Source: an uncultured Gammaproteobacteria bacterium
GTDB lineage: Bacteria > Pseudomonadota > Gammaproteobacteria > Magnimaribacterales > Magnimaribacteraceae
Assembly (NCBI GenBank): GCA_913045055.1
Contig: CAJWPI010000005.1
Location: 3,675-67,674, forward strand
Reading direction: 5' to 3'
DNA: 64,000 nt
The first letter of the stretch is position 1. Every line of letters starts with the position of its first letter. Below are positions 1-10,062 of the stretch, in pieces. A program made the position numbers and the translations under genes. The notes below the pieces were generated by a model. The model was not told the DNA's origin. It did not search any database and worked only from the letters and a program-made list of their open reading frames with translations.

Positions 1-111
1 GACTACAGATCCAGCTTTAGCAAACTCAAGACATACAGTTCTGCCAATTAGTCCTGAACCACCCAATATATAAGAGATTTTATTTTTAAGACTAAAACTA
101 CTTTTTTTCAT
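1..111 (-). CDS. SDR family oxidoreductase, PtmA-like (5' part only, runs off the window)
   Basis: Not in the ORF track. Manual translation from ATG at 111: MKKSSFSLKNKISYILGGSGLIGRTVCLEFAKAGSVV, with SDR Rossmann motif GGSGLIG; overlaps the end of the cytidylyltransferase gene, as ptmA follows ptmB. Confidence 0.75.
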   Translation of the reverse strand, partial: MKKSSFSLKNKISYILGGSGLIGRTVCLEFAKAGSVV

Positions 112-805
112 TTAGATTTTTTTTCATTATCATCTCAACAATCATCCAGTCCAGAGAAGAATCTATATCAAATGACCTTTCTTCAGGCATTTCATAGAAC
201 CCTGTATTAGGAGTTATTAAGTTATCTTCTCTAATAAGAACTTCTCTTTTCCAAATATATATAGAGGCATTTAAATCAAAAACTTTAGGTGCCTTTTGCC
301 TTGATTTAGGAACATTTTCCAGTCTTTTACTCAAAACAGGAATTCCTGAATTTCCTATTTCTATCATATTAAAATATGGATTCCTTCTTGATGCTGATCC
401 GGTAATCATATTGTCAAAGTTCCCTTTATTAAAACTCTCTAGACATTTAGTAAGATCTTCTCTATTTCTTAATGGAGAAGTTACATCTAGATCGATAATA
501 GTTTTAAATTCTCTTTCAAATTTACTTTCAGATTCCTTAAGAGCATGTCTAATAACTGGAATTTTAGGTGAAGAATCTAATGAAAGGTTCTTGGGTCTTA
601 AAAACCAGGATTCGACTCCCAACTTACATGACAAATCTCTAATATCTTTACTATCTGTTGAAACTACAATGAAATCAAATAAACCAGAATCTTTTGCATA
701 ATTAATCGTATAGGCCAACAAAGGTTTTCCTGAAAGGATTTTAATATTCTTATTAGGCACTCCTTTAGAGCCTGATCTAGCGCAAATTGTGCAAAGTATA
801 CTCAT
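98..805 (-). CDS. Acylneuraminate cytidylyltransferase (CMP-nonulosonic acid synthetase, NeuA/PtmB/LegF family)
   Basis: CARSGSKGVPNKN, VVSTDS, DVTSPLR and SFDIDS motifs; ptm-like context. Confidence 0.9.
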   Translation of the reverse strand: MSILCTICARSGSKGVPNKNIKILSGKPLLAYTINYAKDSGLFDFIVVSTDSKDIRDLSCKLGVESWFLRPKNLSLDSSPKIPVIRHALKESESKFEREFKTIIDLDVTSPLRNREDLTKCLESFNKGNFDNMITGSASRRNPYFNMIEIGNSGIPVLSKRLENVPKSRQKAPKVFDLNASIYIWKREVLIREDNLITPNTGFYEMPEERSFDIDSSLDWMIVEMIMKKNLNEKK

Positions 806-1716
806 TTACTATCAAATTTCTGAATTTTATCTATTAGACTCATCACCTCAAGACCTTCTGCATAAGAACATACTGTAGAGAAATCTCCTTTAAGTATATC
901 TTGATGCTGTTGGATGTAAGTATTGTTTATAGAAAATTCTTTTTTTACTTCTTCAGGATCCTTATCAACAAAATAGGAAACCATCTTACAATCAATAAGA
1001 TCTAGAAATATTGTCCTTTCTTCTGTTTCTATTTTTATCTCTCTGACTTCTTTTTTTGAGAAATAACTTAGATTAATAGTGAATAAAACCTTATCTTTAG
1101 TTTCTCCAATAAATATCAAATAATCATCAGTTTCTATCTCAAGGTTTGATAATTTAAGATTTTTTGAGAATAAATGTTTAACGTCACCAAAAATGTATCT
1201 TAAATAGTCTAATTCATGACTAAGATCTAGCAAAACTCCCCCTCCACTTTCAACTGAAGCGCTGGATGATTGTTCATAATGAACATTCTTTCTCCAGTTG
1301 GGTAGGAAAGAGTTACAACTGATATCAAAACTTATAACTTTTTCCTGTTTTATTTCTTCTCTAATGAAACTTATTAAGGGATGAAATCTAAGATTGTATC
1401 CAACTAAATAGGTATTATTAGATGGTAAGAAGTCTTCATAGGAAGAAAAAAGCGGTTTTTCTACCAGAACAATTTTTTTAGATAGTCTTAAATCTATCTC
1501 TTTTATGTGTGAGAAGTGCGAAGAGGTGTCCGAAGAAATTATTATATAGTCAGGGTCTAATGCATTTATTTCGTTTAATGAGTCTATTCTTGGAAACTTA
1601 ATTTCCTCTTGATTAGTAAGAACAAATACGTTGTCTTTTCCAATAAGATTAGAGAGGTATCTTGAATGCTTTTGACCCATGGAGCCAAAACCTATTATTA
1701 AAGCTTTACTTATCAA
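802..1716 (-). CDS. Gfo/Idh/MocA family oxidoreductase (PtmF-like)
   Basis: GFGSMG, VEKP, GYNLRFHP, GGGVLLDLSHELDY; TTG start overlapping the upstream stop. Confidence 0.85.
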   Translation of the reverse strand: MISKALIIGFGSMGQKHSRYLSNLIGKDNVFVLTNQEEIKFPRIDSLNEINALDPDYIIISSDTSSHFSHIKEIDLRLSKKIVLVEKPLFSSYEDFLPSNNTYLVGYNLRFHPLISFIREEIKQEKVISFDISCNSFLPNWRKNVHYEQSSSASVESGGGVLLDLSHELDYLRYIFGDVKHLFSKNLKLSNLEIETDDYLIFIGETKDKVLFTINLSYFSKKEVREIKIETEERTIFLDLIDCKMVSYFVDKDPEEVKKEFSINNTYIQQHQDILKGDFSTVCSYAEGLEVMSLIDKIQKFDSK

Positions 1717-2768
1717 CCAAGCCTCTTAATAGCGTCTCTGTATTGTTCCCACTGACCTAAATCTATCCAAGAATTATCATCTATGGGGAATACCCCAACC
1801 CTTTCTCCTTCCTTGAGCATTTTTTCTATTAAATCAGTCATATCGAAAGCTTTATTTTGAGGAATAAGATCTAAGACAGAAGGTTCAATAACATATAAAC
1901 CCGAGTTAATTAAATAATTTAAAGACGGTTTCTCCAAAATTTCTTTCAAAAAGCCCTCTTCATCTAATGAGCAAGCACCGTAAGGAATAATAATCTCTTT
2001 AGCTGATGCTACCAAAGTTAATTTGCATTTATTCTTTTGGTGAAAATTTATTAATTCTGAGTGATCCATATAAACTACCACATCACAGTTAGTAACAAAA
2101 AAGGTTGAATGTAATGTATCAGCAAGATTCTTTAGAGCTCCAGCTGTGCCAAGGGGTTTAGTCTCTTCTACAAAATTTACTTTATATTCAGGATTTAATT
2201 CCTCAAAAAAAGCTTTTATGATCTTTCCCTTAAAATTTATAGAAATATAGAATAATGAAGCACCAGCTTCTAAGAAAGTACCAATAATGTGCTCTATAAC
2301 AGTCTTAGTATCATTTATAGGTATTAAAGGTTTTGGAAGAACATTTGTAAAAGGTTCCAATCTTGAGCCCTTGCCCCCAGCCATTATTACTATTGGTAAA
2401 TCTAGAGATTTTTTCTCTGGTTTATCTGAAAAAACTTCTTTCCAACTTATAATTTTATGAACTGTTTTATCTTCATTTATTATTGGGATAACATCAAACT
2501 GCTTTTCAATAAAAACTTCCTTAATAGAGTCATAATTAAGATCTTGTTTTAATATATAAAAAGAGTCTGAGTTAAATATTTTTGTAATAGGTGTGTCCAG
2601 ATTGCTGTCTTTTAATATAGCTTTACGTAAGTCTCCGTCACTTAAAGTCCCTAAGAATTTATCTTCTTTATTAGTAACAACTAAACACTTAGTACCAGAA
2701 AGGCTCATCTTCTTCAAAGCTGCCTTTAAAGTACTATCTTTATTTAAAATTTGGTCTTCAATTCCCAT
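1713..2768 (-). CDS. CBS-domain nucleotidyltransferase (PtmE-like sugar-1-phosphate guanylyltransferase)
   Basis: N-terminal CBS pair (GTLSDGDLRK), then MAGGKGSRL..PKPL, PLGTAG, VTNCD, WIDLG. Confidence 0.85.
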   Translation of the reverse strand: MGIEDQILNKDSTLKAALKKMSLSGTKCLVVTNKEDKFLGTLSDGDLRKAILKDSNLDTPITKIFNSDSFYILKQDLNYDSIKEVFIEKQFDVIPIINEDKTVHKIISWKEVFSDKPEKKSLDLPIVIMAGGKGSRLEPFTNVLPKPLIPINDTKTVIEHIIGTFLEAGASLFYISINFKGKIIKAFFEELNPEYKVNFVEETKPLGTAGALKNLADTLHSTFFVTNCDVVVYMDHSELINFHQKNKCKLTLVASAKEIIIPYGACSLDEEGFLKEILEKPSLNYLINSGLYVIEPSVLDLIPQNKAFDMTDLIEKMLKEGERVGVFPIDDNSWIDLGQWEQYRDAIKRLG

Positions 2769-2789
2769 GATAGTTTGTAATTTTAGTCA

Positions 2790-4601
2790 TTAATGAAAAT
2801 TTTTGTAAATCGTTTCTGCATTTTTTATTCCTATACCAGGGACACTTAAAAGATCTTCTCTTCCAGCTCTGGAGATTTGTTTAACACTACCAAAGTACCT
2901 TAAAAGAGATTGTTTTTTTTCTTTGCCAATCCCTTGAAATCCATCTAAAAGAGACTTGGAAGTGGATTTAGATCTCTTTTTTCTTAAATTATCTATTGCA
3001 AATCTATGAGTTTCATCTCTAATTTCTTGCAATAAATTATGACTTAATAAAAGAGGGTTAATTTTAATTTTCTCTCCATTCGATTTATGTATAGAATCCA
3101 TCTGACGTTTTCTTCTAACTCCCTTAGATATAGACACTAACTCTATATTCTCTATACCCTTTTCTTTTAGTATTCCCTTTACGGCCTTAAGGTGAGTATA
3201 ACCTCCATCTATTAAAATCAAATCTGGTTTAAGGATATCTTTTTTTCTGTATCTGCGAGAAATAACTTCCTTCAAAGATGAGATATCATTTAAGGAATTT
3301 CTGTTATTAATATTATAAGTTCTATATTTTTCTTTAACTTTACCCCTTAAGTCATACACAACACAAACTCCAACAGTATTTTCTCCAGAATGATGACTTA
3401 TGTCATAAGACTCTATAAGATTAATATCTTTATCTACATCTATTTCTTTACTTACTGAGGACAACTTCTTCTCGTAATTGTTAGCTTTTCTTCTCATTTT
3501 ATTGATAGAAAGTTTAGTATTAGATGTTGCTATCTCTAGAAGTCCTTTATCTTTTTTACTCAATCTTGTGTTGATATTTATTCTTTTGTTGAAATTTTCT
3601 GAAAGAGCTTTCTGAACTATCTTTCTATTCTTTAGTTTTTGAGATAAGAGGACAGTAGGGGGACAAATTTCTTTAGACAGATAATAGTTCATTAGAAATG
3701 ATTCCAAAATTTCTTCATCTAGTGAACTATTAGTTTGTATGAAATTCTCATGACTTATTATCCAACCGCCTCTAACGCTAGTAACACCAAGATAATTGGT
3801 TTTATTGTAAATAAAAAGACAAATAGCATCTCTGTCTTTATTAAAGCCTGTTATGCTTTGCTTCCTCTGAACCTCTCTTAAAGAAGATAACTTGTCTCTA
3901 TAATTTGCAGCTCTTTCGTATTTTTTCTCTAATGAAGATTTATCCATCAACTTATATAAGTCCTTTATTAGATGGTCACCTTTTCCCTTAAGAAGATCTT
4001 CTGCATTGTTTACTTCTTTTTCATATTTATCTTTTCTTATGAGACCAACACATGGAGCCGAGCACCTGCCAATTTCATGTTGAAGACAGGGTCTTGTTCT
4101 GTTCTTAAAAAAAGTATTAGAACAATTTCTTATTTTAAAGACTTTCTGAATTAGGGTTAAAGTTTCTTTTACTGCAAAGGCATTGGGGAAAGGGCCATAT
4201 AATTTATGAACCTTCTTGCTTCTTCCTCGAAAAGATTTAGCAGAAGGATATTCATGCTTTAAATCAAATTTTATCCAAGGATAACCTTTATCATCTTTAA
4301 ACTGAACATTAAATTTTGGCTTTAATTGAGTTATAAGATGTTGTTCTAATAAAAGTGCTTCCAGCTCAGAATTAGTTAAAGTGAAAACTAAATACTCAGC
4401 TTCAGATAGCAAAGATAAAACTTTCTTTTCGCTTTTATCTTTTTTAGAAAAATAACTTTTAATTCTTTTATCTAGGCTTTTTGCTTTGCCTATGTATAAA
4501 GGTTCTTTCTTTGAATTTAAGAATTTATAGATACCTGGGTTATTGGGAAGTCTTTTTAAATTCTCAATTACCCTGTCATTTAGCCTAATTAATTCTTCCA
4601 T
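2790..4601 (-). CDS. uvrC: Excinuclease ABC subunit C
   Basis: GIY-YIG (PGIYKF..YIGKAK), Cys-rich region, YDISH, DGG, IRDETHRFA, C-terminal HhH. Confidence 0.97.
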   Translation of the reverse strand: MEELIRLNDRVIENLKRLPNNPGIYKFLNSKKEPLYIGKAKSLDKRIKSYFSKKDKSEKKVLSLLSEAEYLVFTLTNSELEALLLEQHLITQLKPKFNVQFKDDKGYPWIKFDLKHEYPSAKSFRGRSKKVHKLYGPFPNAFAVKETLTLIQKVFKIRNCSNTFFKNRTRPCLQHEIGRCSAPCVGLIRKDKYEKEVNNAEDLLKGKGDHLIKDLYKLMDKSSLEKKYERAANYRDKLSSLREVQRKQSITGFNKDRDAICLFIYNKTNYLGVTSVRGGWIISHENFIQTNSSLDEEILESFLMNYYLSKEICPPTVLLSQKLKNRKIVQKALSENFNKRININTRLSKKDKGLLEIATSNTKLSINKMRRKANNYEKKLSSVSKEIDVDKDINLIESYDISHHSGENTVGVCVVYDLRGKVKEKYRTYNINNRNSLNDISSLKEVISRRYRKKDILKPDLILIDGGYTHLKAVKGILKEKGIENIELVSISKGVRRKRQMDSIHKSNGEKIKINPLLLSHNLLQEIRDETHRFAIDNLRKKRSKSTSKSLLDGFQGIGKEKKQSLLRYFGSVKQISRAGREDLLSVPGIGIKNAETIYKNFH

Positions 4602-4684
4602 GGAATTTAAATGGAGACTTAATATTTCTTTTTAATAAACAAATAATCTTCATTCTGTGTGAGTAACCTTTGGATTAATTAGTG

Positions 4685-5005
4685 CTAATGAGATCGAACC
4701 CCATCAAAGACACAAACAAATTCTAATTTTTCTTCAGAAGTATTGTGTACTCTATGAAAATCTCCATCTTGAATGAATATAATTTCTCCTGCCTTGACCT
4801 TAAATCGATCTTTATTTATTTCCATCTCCCCATTTCCACTCCTAAATATATACACTTCTTCCTGTCCAGCATGACTATGGCCTGTAGTGCTGTGGTGAGG
4901 GTTAAGAATAGTTATACTTGTTACGAGCTTCTTTAAAGTGTCGTTATCAGTAACAACATAACGCTCATCTTCTTTTACTATTTTCCAACCTGATTGGGTT
5001 TCCAT
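4685..5005 (-). CDS. Cupin domain protein
   Basis: GHSHAGQEEVY and DGDFHRVHN cupin metal-binding motifs; AAGGAAGG RBS-like sequence upstream. Confidence 0.85.
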   Translation of the reverse strand: METQSGWKIVKEDERYVVTDNDTLKKLVTSITILNPHHSTTGHSHAGQEEVYIFRSGNGEMEINKDRFKVKAGEIIFIQDGDFHRVHNTSEEKLEFVCVFDGVRSH

Positions 5006-5052
5006 AACTAACCTTCCTTATAAAAAAATTATTATCATTCATAATTGTCACT

Positions 5053-5757
5053 TTAATCAAGGTCATATATCTCTTTTAATATTTTATTTACTTCTTGAGA
5101 AGGGTTTTCTTTTGAAGTAATTTCCCGACCTATAACAATGTAGTTAGCACCACTAGATAACGCCTCAAGTGCAGTTGACGTTCTTTTTTGATCATCTTTT
5201 GGGTTTGAATTAGATCGTATTCCAGGGGTTACCAAAACAAATTTATCTCCCATTTCTTTGCGTAAATATTTAATTTCGTTTGGAGAACAAACTACCCCGT
5301 CTAAACCAAGATGACTGCTCAATTTAGCTAATTTTAAAACGTGATCTTTGATGCCTAAACTAATCCCCACCTCCTCCATAGAAGGCTCTTCTAGACTAGT
5401 TAATAAAGTAACTCCTATTAGAAGTGGTTTCCTTTTACTCTTATTACATTCTTCTACCGCTGCAAGTAACATCTCTCTACCTCCTGAGATATGCACATTC
5501 AACATCCATACATCTAAATTAATTGCTGATCTAATAGCCTTTTGAACTGTGTTAGGTATATCATGGAATTTGAGATCTAAAAAAATATCAAAACCTAATG
5601 AATTTAATTTTCTTACTGACTCAGGTCCTACAGAAGTAAATAATTGACTTCCTATCTTAAGTCTACAAGTATTAGGATCTAACGATTTTGCTAAGTCTAA
5701 AGCATCAGACCATTTTAGATCTAAAGCTATTATTAAAGGATTATCTTTTGAAGACAC
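5053..5757 (-). CDS. pyrF: Orotidine-5'-phosphate decarboxylase
   Basis: IALD, FLDLKFHDIPNT, VTPGIR, DDQKR; GTG start. Confidence 0.97.
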   Translation of the reverse strand: MSSKDNPLIIALDLKWSDALDLAKSLDPNTCRLKIGSQLFTSVGPESVRKLNSLGFDIFLDLKFHDIPNTVQKAIRSAINLDVWMLNVHISGGREMLLAAVEECNKSKRKPLLIGVTLLTSLEEPSMEEVGISLGIKDHVLKLAKLSSHLGLDGVVCSPNEIKYLRKEMGDKFVLVTPGIRSNSNPKDDQKRTSTALEALSSGANYIVIGREITSKENPSQEVNKILKEIYDLD

Positions 5758-5990
5758 TATTCAGAAATCTTTCTTCCAGATTTTTTATTTAAGAAGTATA
5801 AAGCCTCAGAGACCAAAGCAACTCCAATGCCAATTAAAAACGAAAATAATATGACCCTACCCAAATTTTCTTGAATAGTTAAAAAAAGTAAGTCAACTTC
5901 TACTGAAATTGAATTTAAAGAAACAATAATAAGAGAACAAACAATCATTAAGAGTAAAGAGAAAAAAAGAAAAATTGTAGAAAAGCGCAT
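5757..5990 (-). CDS. lapA: Probable LapA-family small inner-membrane protein
   Basis: 77 aa with two hydrophobic segments and an N..V.VDLLF linker; conserved position between ihfB and pyrF. Confidence 0.6.
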   Translation of the reverse strand: MRFSTIFLFFSLLLMIVCSLIIVSLNSISVEVDLLFLTIQENLGRVILFSFLIGIGVALVSEALYFLNKKSGRKISE

Positions 5991-6066
5991 TAAATCTGAA
6001 GCCTTAATAAAGGGAGTTTTCCTTTTCTTATTTTTTTTATAAAAAGCATGAAAAAAACATCAGAAA

Positions 6067-6354
6067 TTAAAACTTGTTGTTTATTCTCCTTTTTAATTCT
6101 TTAGAAGCTCTAAAGTATGGGTGAAACTTTTTTTCTATAGCAATGGAAGACCCTGTCTTGGGGTTTCTACCAATTCTCGACTTTCTGGACCTTAAAGATA
6201 AACTTCCAAAACCTCTAATTTCTATCCTTTTACCCTTTGATAGACTTTCAGTTATATATGAAAGTATTTGTGTTATTCCGTTTTCAGTATCCTTTTTATT
6301 AAGAAGATTAGCCCTGTTAGAAATCTTCTTTATAAGATCAGATTTATTCTTCAT
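6067..6354 (-). CDS. ihfB: Integration host factor subunit beta
   Basis: RIEIRGFGS, GRNPKTG, PYFRASKELK; directly after rpsA. Confidence 0.92.
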   Translation of the reverse strand: MKNKSDLIKKISNRANLLNKKDTENGITQILSYITESLSKGKRIEIRGFGSLSLRSRKSRIGRNPKTGSSIAIEKKFHPYFRASKELKRRINNKF

Positions 6355-8026
6355 TTTTTTGTTCGTTAATCTCAGATTTAATCATATCACCAATATTAGA
6401 CTTTGAAGAATCCTCTATTTCTTGATTCTTTTTAACATTCTCTTTTAGTGCATCTCTTTCCTCTTGCTTTTCTAAAGCTCTTAAGGACAAAGTGATTTCT
6501 CTTTTATCTTTATTCACATTTGCTATTAATATCTCCATTTCAGAATCTATTTCCAGCTTAGTTTGTGCATTGGAGTTAACAAAATCCTTTTGTGAAAGTG
6601 TGCCATTAATTCCTTCAGATAAATTCAAAATTATCTTTTCTTCTGTTATATCAGTTACCTTCCCAGTAATCTTTGAGCCTTTTGGATTCTCCTTAATATA
6701 GTCATTAAAAGCGTCTCCATACAACTGTTTGATTCCTAAAGATATTCTTTCCCTCTCTGAATCAATTGATAAAACTACAGTTTCGATTTCTTCACCAGTC
6801 TCCAAAGATCTAAGGGATTCTTCATCATTGTCCCAAGATATATCTGATAGGTGAACCAATCCATCAATCTTTCCTTCTAACTCTATAAAAATTCCAAAGT
6901 CTGTTTTAGATTTTATCAATCCTTTTACCTTATCCCCCTCCTTATATTTATGATCAAAGACCTGCCAAGGATTTTCTTTAAGTTGTTTAAGCCCTAATGA
7001 AATTCTTCTTTTTTCTTCATCAATTTCTAGAATCATTACTTCAACTGATTCTTCTAATTCAACAACTTTTGAGGGGTGAATATTTTTGTTAGTCCAATCA
7101 ATTTCTGAAACATGAACTAAACCTTCCACTCCGTCTTCAATTTCGGCAAAAAAACCGTAATCCATTAAATTGGTTACCTTTCCCATAACGGAAGTATTAA
7201 TGGGATACTTATTTTCAATCCCTATCCAAGGATCATCAAATAGCTGTTTAATTCCTAAAGAGACTCGCTTTTCTGATTCATCATATTTAATCACAACTAC
7301 ATCTATTTCATTTCCAACACTTATTGCTTCTGAAGGGTGATTAATCCTACTCCAAGAAATATCAGTTATATGAAGCAAACCGTCTACACCGCCTAAATCT
7401 ACAAAAGCCCCATAATCTGTGAGATTTTTTACTGTTCCTTTCAGCTTCTGTCCTTCAAATATACCTGATAACAACTTCTCCCTTTCTTCAAAATTTACTT
7501 CTTCAAGAACTGCTTTTCTTGAGAGAACTACATTACTTTTCTCTTTATCTATTTTAATTACTTTAAATTCTTCATATTTGCCTTCTAGATGATCTAGATC
7601 TTTTGAAGGAATAACATCAGCTAAAGACCCGGGAAGAAAAGCCTTAATCCCTTGAATATCTACTGTCATTCCACCTTTTACTTTACCAGTTATTAAACCT
7701 TTTAAAATTTCTCCAGTATTTAACCCTTCTTCAATTCTTTTCCAAACTTCTTGCTTTATAGCCTTTTCTCTAGAAACTTTTGTGTTTCCATGTCCGTCCT
7801 CTATTGCTTCAAGAACCATCTGGACTTCATCTCCAACCGAGATATCTAATTTTCCAGATTGATCAAAAAATTCGTTAATTGGAACAGCAGCTTCTGATTT
7901 AAGACCTACATGCACTATTGCATGGGTGTCCAATATATCTACAACAATAGCAGTAACTAAGCTTCCCACCTTCATGTTTACCCTACTAAGGTTCTCATCT
8001 AATAACTGTTCAAAACTAACTGACAT
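6344..8026 (-). CDS. rpsA: 30S ribosomal protein S1
   Basis: Repeated S1 domains (DYGAFVDLGGVDGLLHITD, EGLVHVSE, DGLVHLSD); follows cmk. Confidence 0.98.
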   Translation of the reverse strand: MSVSFEQLLDENLSRVNMKVGSLVTAIVVDILDTHAIVHVGLKSEAAVPINEFFDQSGKLDISVGDEVQMVLEAIEDGHGNTKVSREKAIKQEVWKRIEEGLNTGEILKGLITGKVKGGMTVDIQGIKAFLPGSLADVIPSKDLDHLEGKYEEFKVIKIDKEKSNVVLSRKAVLEEVNFEEREKLLSGIFEGQKLKGTVKNLTDYGAFVDLGGVDGLLHITDISWSRINHPSEAISVGNEIDVVVIKYDESEKRVSLGIKQLFDDPWIGIENKYPINTSVMGKVTNLMDYGFFAEIEDGVEGLVHVSEIDWTNKNIHPSKVVELEESVEVMILEIDEEKRRISLGLKQLKENPWQVFDHKYKEGDKVKGLIKSKTDFGIFIELEGKIDGLVHLSDISWDNDEESLRSLETGEEIETVVLSIDSERERISLGIKQLYGDAFNDYIKENPKGSKITGKVTDITEEKIILNLSEGINGTLSQKDFVNSNAQTKLEIDSEMEILIANVNKDKREITLSLRALEKQEERDALKENVKKNQEIEDSSKSNIGDMIKSEINEQKNEE

Positions 8027-8036
8027 ATTTTTATTC

Positions 8037-8723
8037 CTATATTTCTCCAGATGCTATTCGCTTTATTTCTTCTAAGACTTTCCAGGGATTCAAATTAGTT
8101 GTATCTATGACTAAAGAATCTTCAGCAGGCTTCAATGGCGAATGATCTCTCTCCTTATCTATTTTATCCCTTTCAGCTAACTTATCTAAAAGGATGCGCA
8201 TGTTAACCTTGCTATCAACCGTTTTCAACTGTCTATATCTTCTACTGGCTCTTTCTTCTAGAGAAGCAGTTAAATAAATTTTGATATTTGCTTCTGGGAA
8301 TATGACTGTTCCCATATCTCTTCCATCTGCTACTAAGCCAGGAAGCCTACGAAATTCTTTTTGACAGGGTCGGATAAAATCTCTTATCAACGGATCAGCA
8401 GCAAGTATAGAAGTTTCTCTTGCCATTTCTTCTGTTCTAACATGTTGAGTAATATCTTTTCCCTGAAAAAAGACTCTTACAGGCTCTCCGATGGTTCCTA
8501 CATCAAAATTAACTTCAAATGCCTTTTTTACTTGTTCTTTTTTATCTAAAAAATTTTCTAAGCTTATTTTTTCTTTCTTTAGGTAATACGCCAAAGTTCT
8601 ATAAAGAGCTCCGCTATCAAGAATGTTCCAACCTAAATCTATAGCAAGCAGTTGAGAAACTGTACCTTTCCCTGATCCGCTTGGCCCATCAATAGTAATT
8701 ACAGGAATTTGTTTCATATTCAT
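8037..8723 (-). CDS. cmk: Cytidylate kinase
   Basis: IDGPSGSGKGT, LDSGALYR, DGRDMGTVIFP; the start may be the second Met. Confidence 0.97.
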   Translation of the reverse strand: MNMKQIPVITIDGPSGSGKGTVSQLLAIDLGWNILDSGALYRTLAYYLKKEKISLENFLDKKEQVKKAFEVNFDVGTIGEPVRVFFQGKDITQHVRTEEMARETSILAADPLIRDFIRPCQKEFRRLPGLVADGRDMGTVIFPEANIKIYLTASLEERASRRYRQLKTVDSKVNMRILLDKLAERDKIDKERDHSPLKPAEDSLVIDTTNLNPWKVLEEIKRIASGEI

Positions 8724-10060
8724 ACGCTTCTAATCTTCATTCCTAACTTTTTACAAATCCCCAAAAAATTTGGGAAAGAAGTGCTAATGTTTTTACAATC
8801 TATAATTCTGCAAGTACCTTGGGCTCTTAATGAAGCGATAACAGAAGCCATCGCTATTCTATGATCACCAAAGGAATTAATTTTTGCTTCCTTAAATGGA
8901 GCGCTTTTATTAGCACTTTTGGTTGTGGATTGATCTAGTCCAAAAATATCAATTCCCTCGTTTTTTACAATAAAATCAACACCAAATTCTTTTAGAGATT
9001 TAGACATTGAATCTAATCTATTGCTTTCTTTGTGTTTTAACTCTTCAATGCCATTTATAGTTGTCTTCCCTTTTGCTAGAGAAGCTGCAACAAATAGAAG
9101 GGGTAATTCATCTATTAAATTAGGTATTAAATCTTGATTTAAATTTATAGCTTTTAAATTAGAAGTTTTTACTTCAATATCAGCTGTTGGTTCATAATTA
9201 TTAGAAATAGCATTAACCCTTATGTCACCTCCCATTTCTTGGAGTGCCTCTAATAAACCTGTTCTAGTTTTATTTATACCTATATTCCTCAATACAATAT
9301 GAGAATTAGGAGATATTAGTCCGGACAATATGAAGAAAGAGGCAGAAGAAAAATCACTACATATTTCTATATTAGAAGGTTTTATATTTCTTGGGGGATG
9401 AACAACAATTTTATTTCCTAAATTAGATGAAGTAGTCTCAACTTTTACTCCAAATTGTTTAAACATCTTCTCCGTGTGGTCTCTACTTTCAACTTTTTCA
9501 TATATAACCGATGGATCATTGGCGTACAAAGCTGCAAACATAAGGCATGATTTAACTTGGGCACTATTTATTGGCATTTTGTAATCAATAGAGTTTACTT
9601 TTGTAGTTTTAGATATCTCTAAGGGGGGAGTGCCTTGTTTAACAGACTTTATGTAAAATCCCATTTCAGAAAGAGGTTCAATTATTCTATTCATAGGTCT
9701 TTTTAATAATGATGAATCACCGGTAAGCTTTGAACCAAAGCTTTGACCAACAAGGACTCCAGACATCAATCTCATTGCAGTTCCTGAATTTCCTAGATTT
9801 AGTTTAGAGGAAGGTTTTTTTAAACCGTAAAGCCCTTTACCAGCAATTTCTAGATTTTCTCCTTTTTTAAAACTTTCTATACCCATTTCTTGGAAGGCTT
9901 TTAAAGTAGCAAGACAATCTTCACTTTCTAAGAAACCCTTTAAAGTAGAAGTTCCTGAAGCTAAAGAAGCACACATAATTGCCCTATGAGAAATGGACTT
10001 ATCTCCTGGAATAAAAACTTCACCATTCAAAGAGTCTGTTGGTTCTACCAAAAAATCCAT
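8720..10060 (-). CDS. aroA: 3-phosphoshikimate 1-carboxyvinyltransferase (EPSP synthase)
   Basis: PGDKSISHR, LGNSGT, SAQVKS, RDHTE, KESNR, GDHRIAM. Confidence 0.97.
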   Translation of the reverse strand: MDFLVEPTDSLNGEVFIPGDKSISHRAIMCASLASGTSTLKGFLESEDCLATLKAFQEMGIESFKKGENLEIAGKGLYGLKKPSSKLNLGNSGTAMRLMSGVLVGQSFGSKLTGDSSLLKRPMNRIIEPLSEMGFYIKSVKQGTPPLEISKTTKVNSIDYKMPINSAQVKSCLMFAALYANDPSVIYEKVESRDHTEKMFKQFGVKVETTSSNLGNKIVVHPPRNIKPSNIEICSDFSSASFFILSGLISPNSHIVLRNIGINKTRTGLLEALQEMGGDIRVNAISNNYEPTADIEVKTSNLKAINLNQDLIPNLIDELPLLFVAASLAKGKTTINGIEELKHKESNRLDSMSKSLKEFGVDFIVKNEGIDIFGLDQSTTKSANKSAPFKEAKINSFGDHRIAMASVIASLRAQGTCRIIDCKNISTSFPNFLGICKKLGMKIRSV

Positions 10061-10062
10061 AT

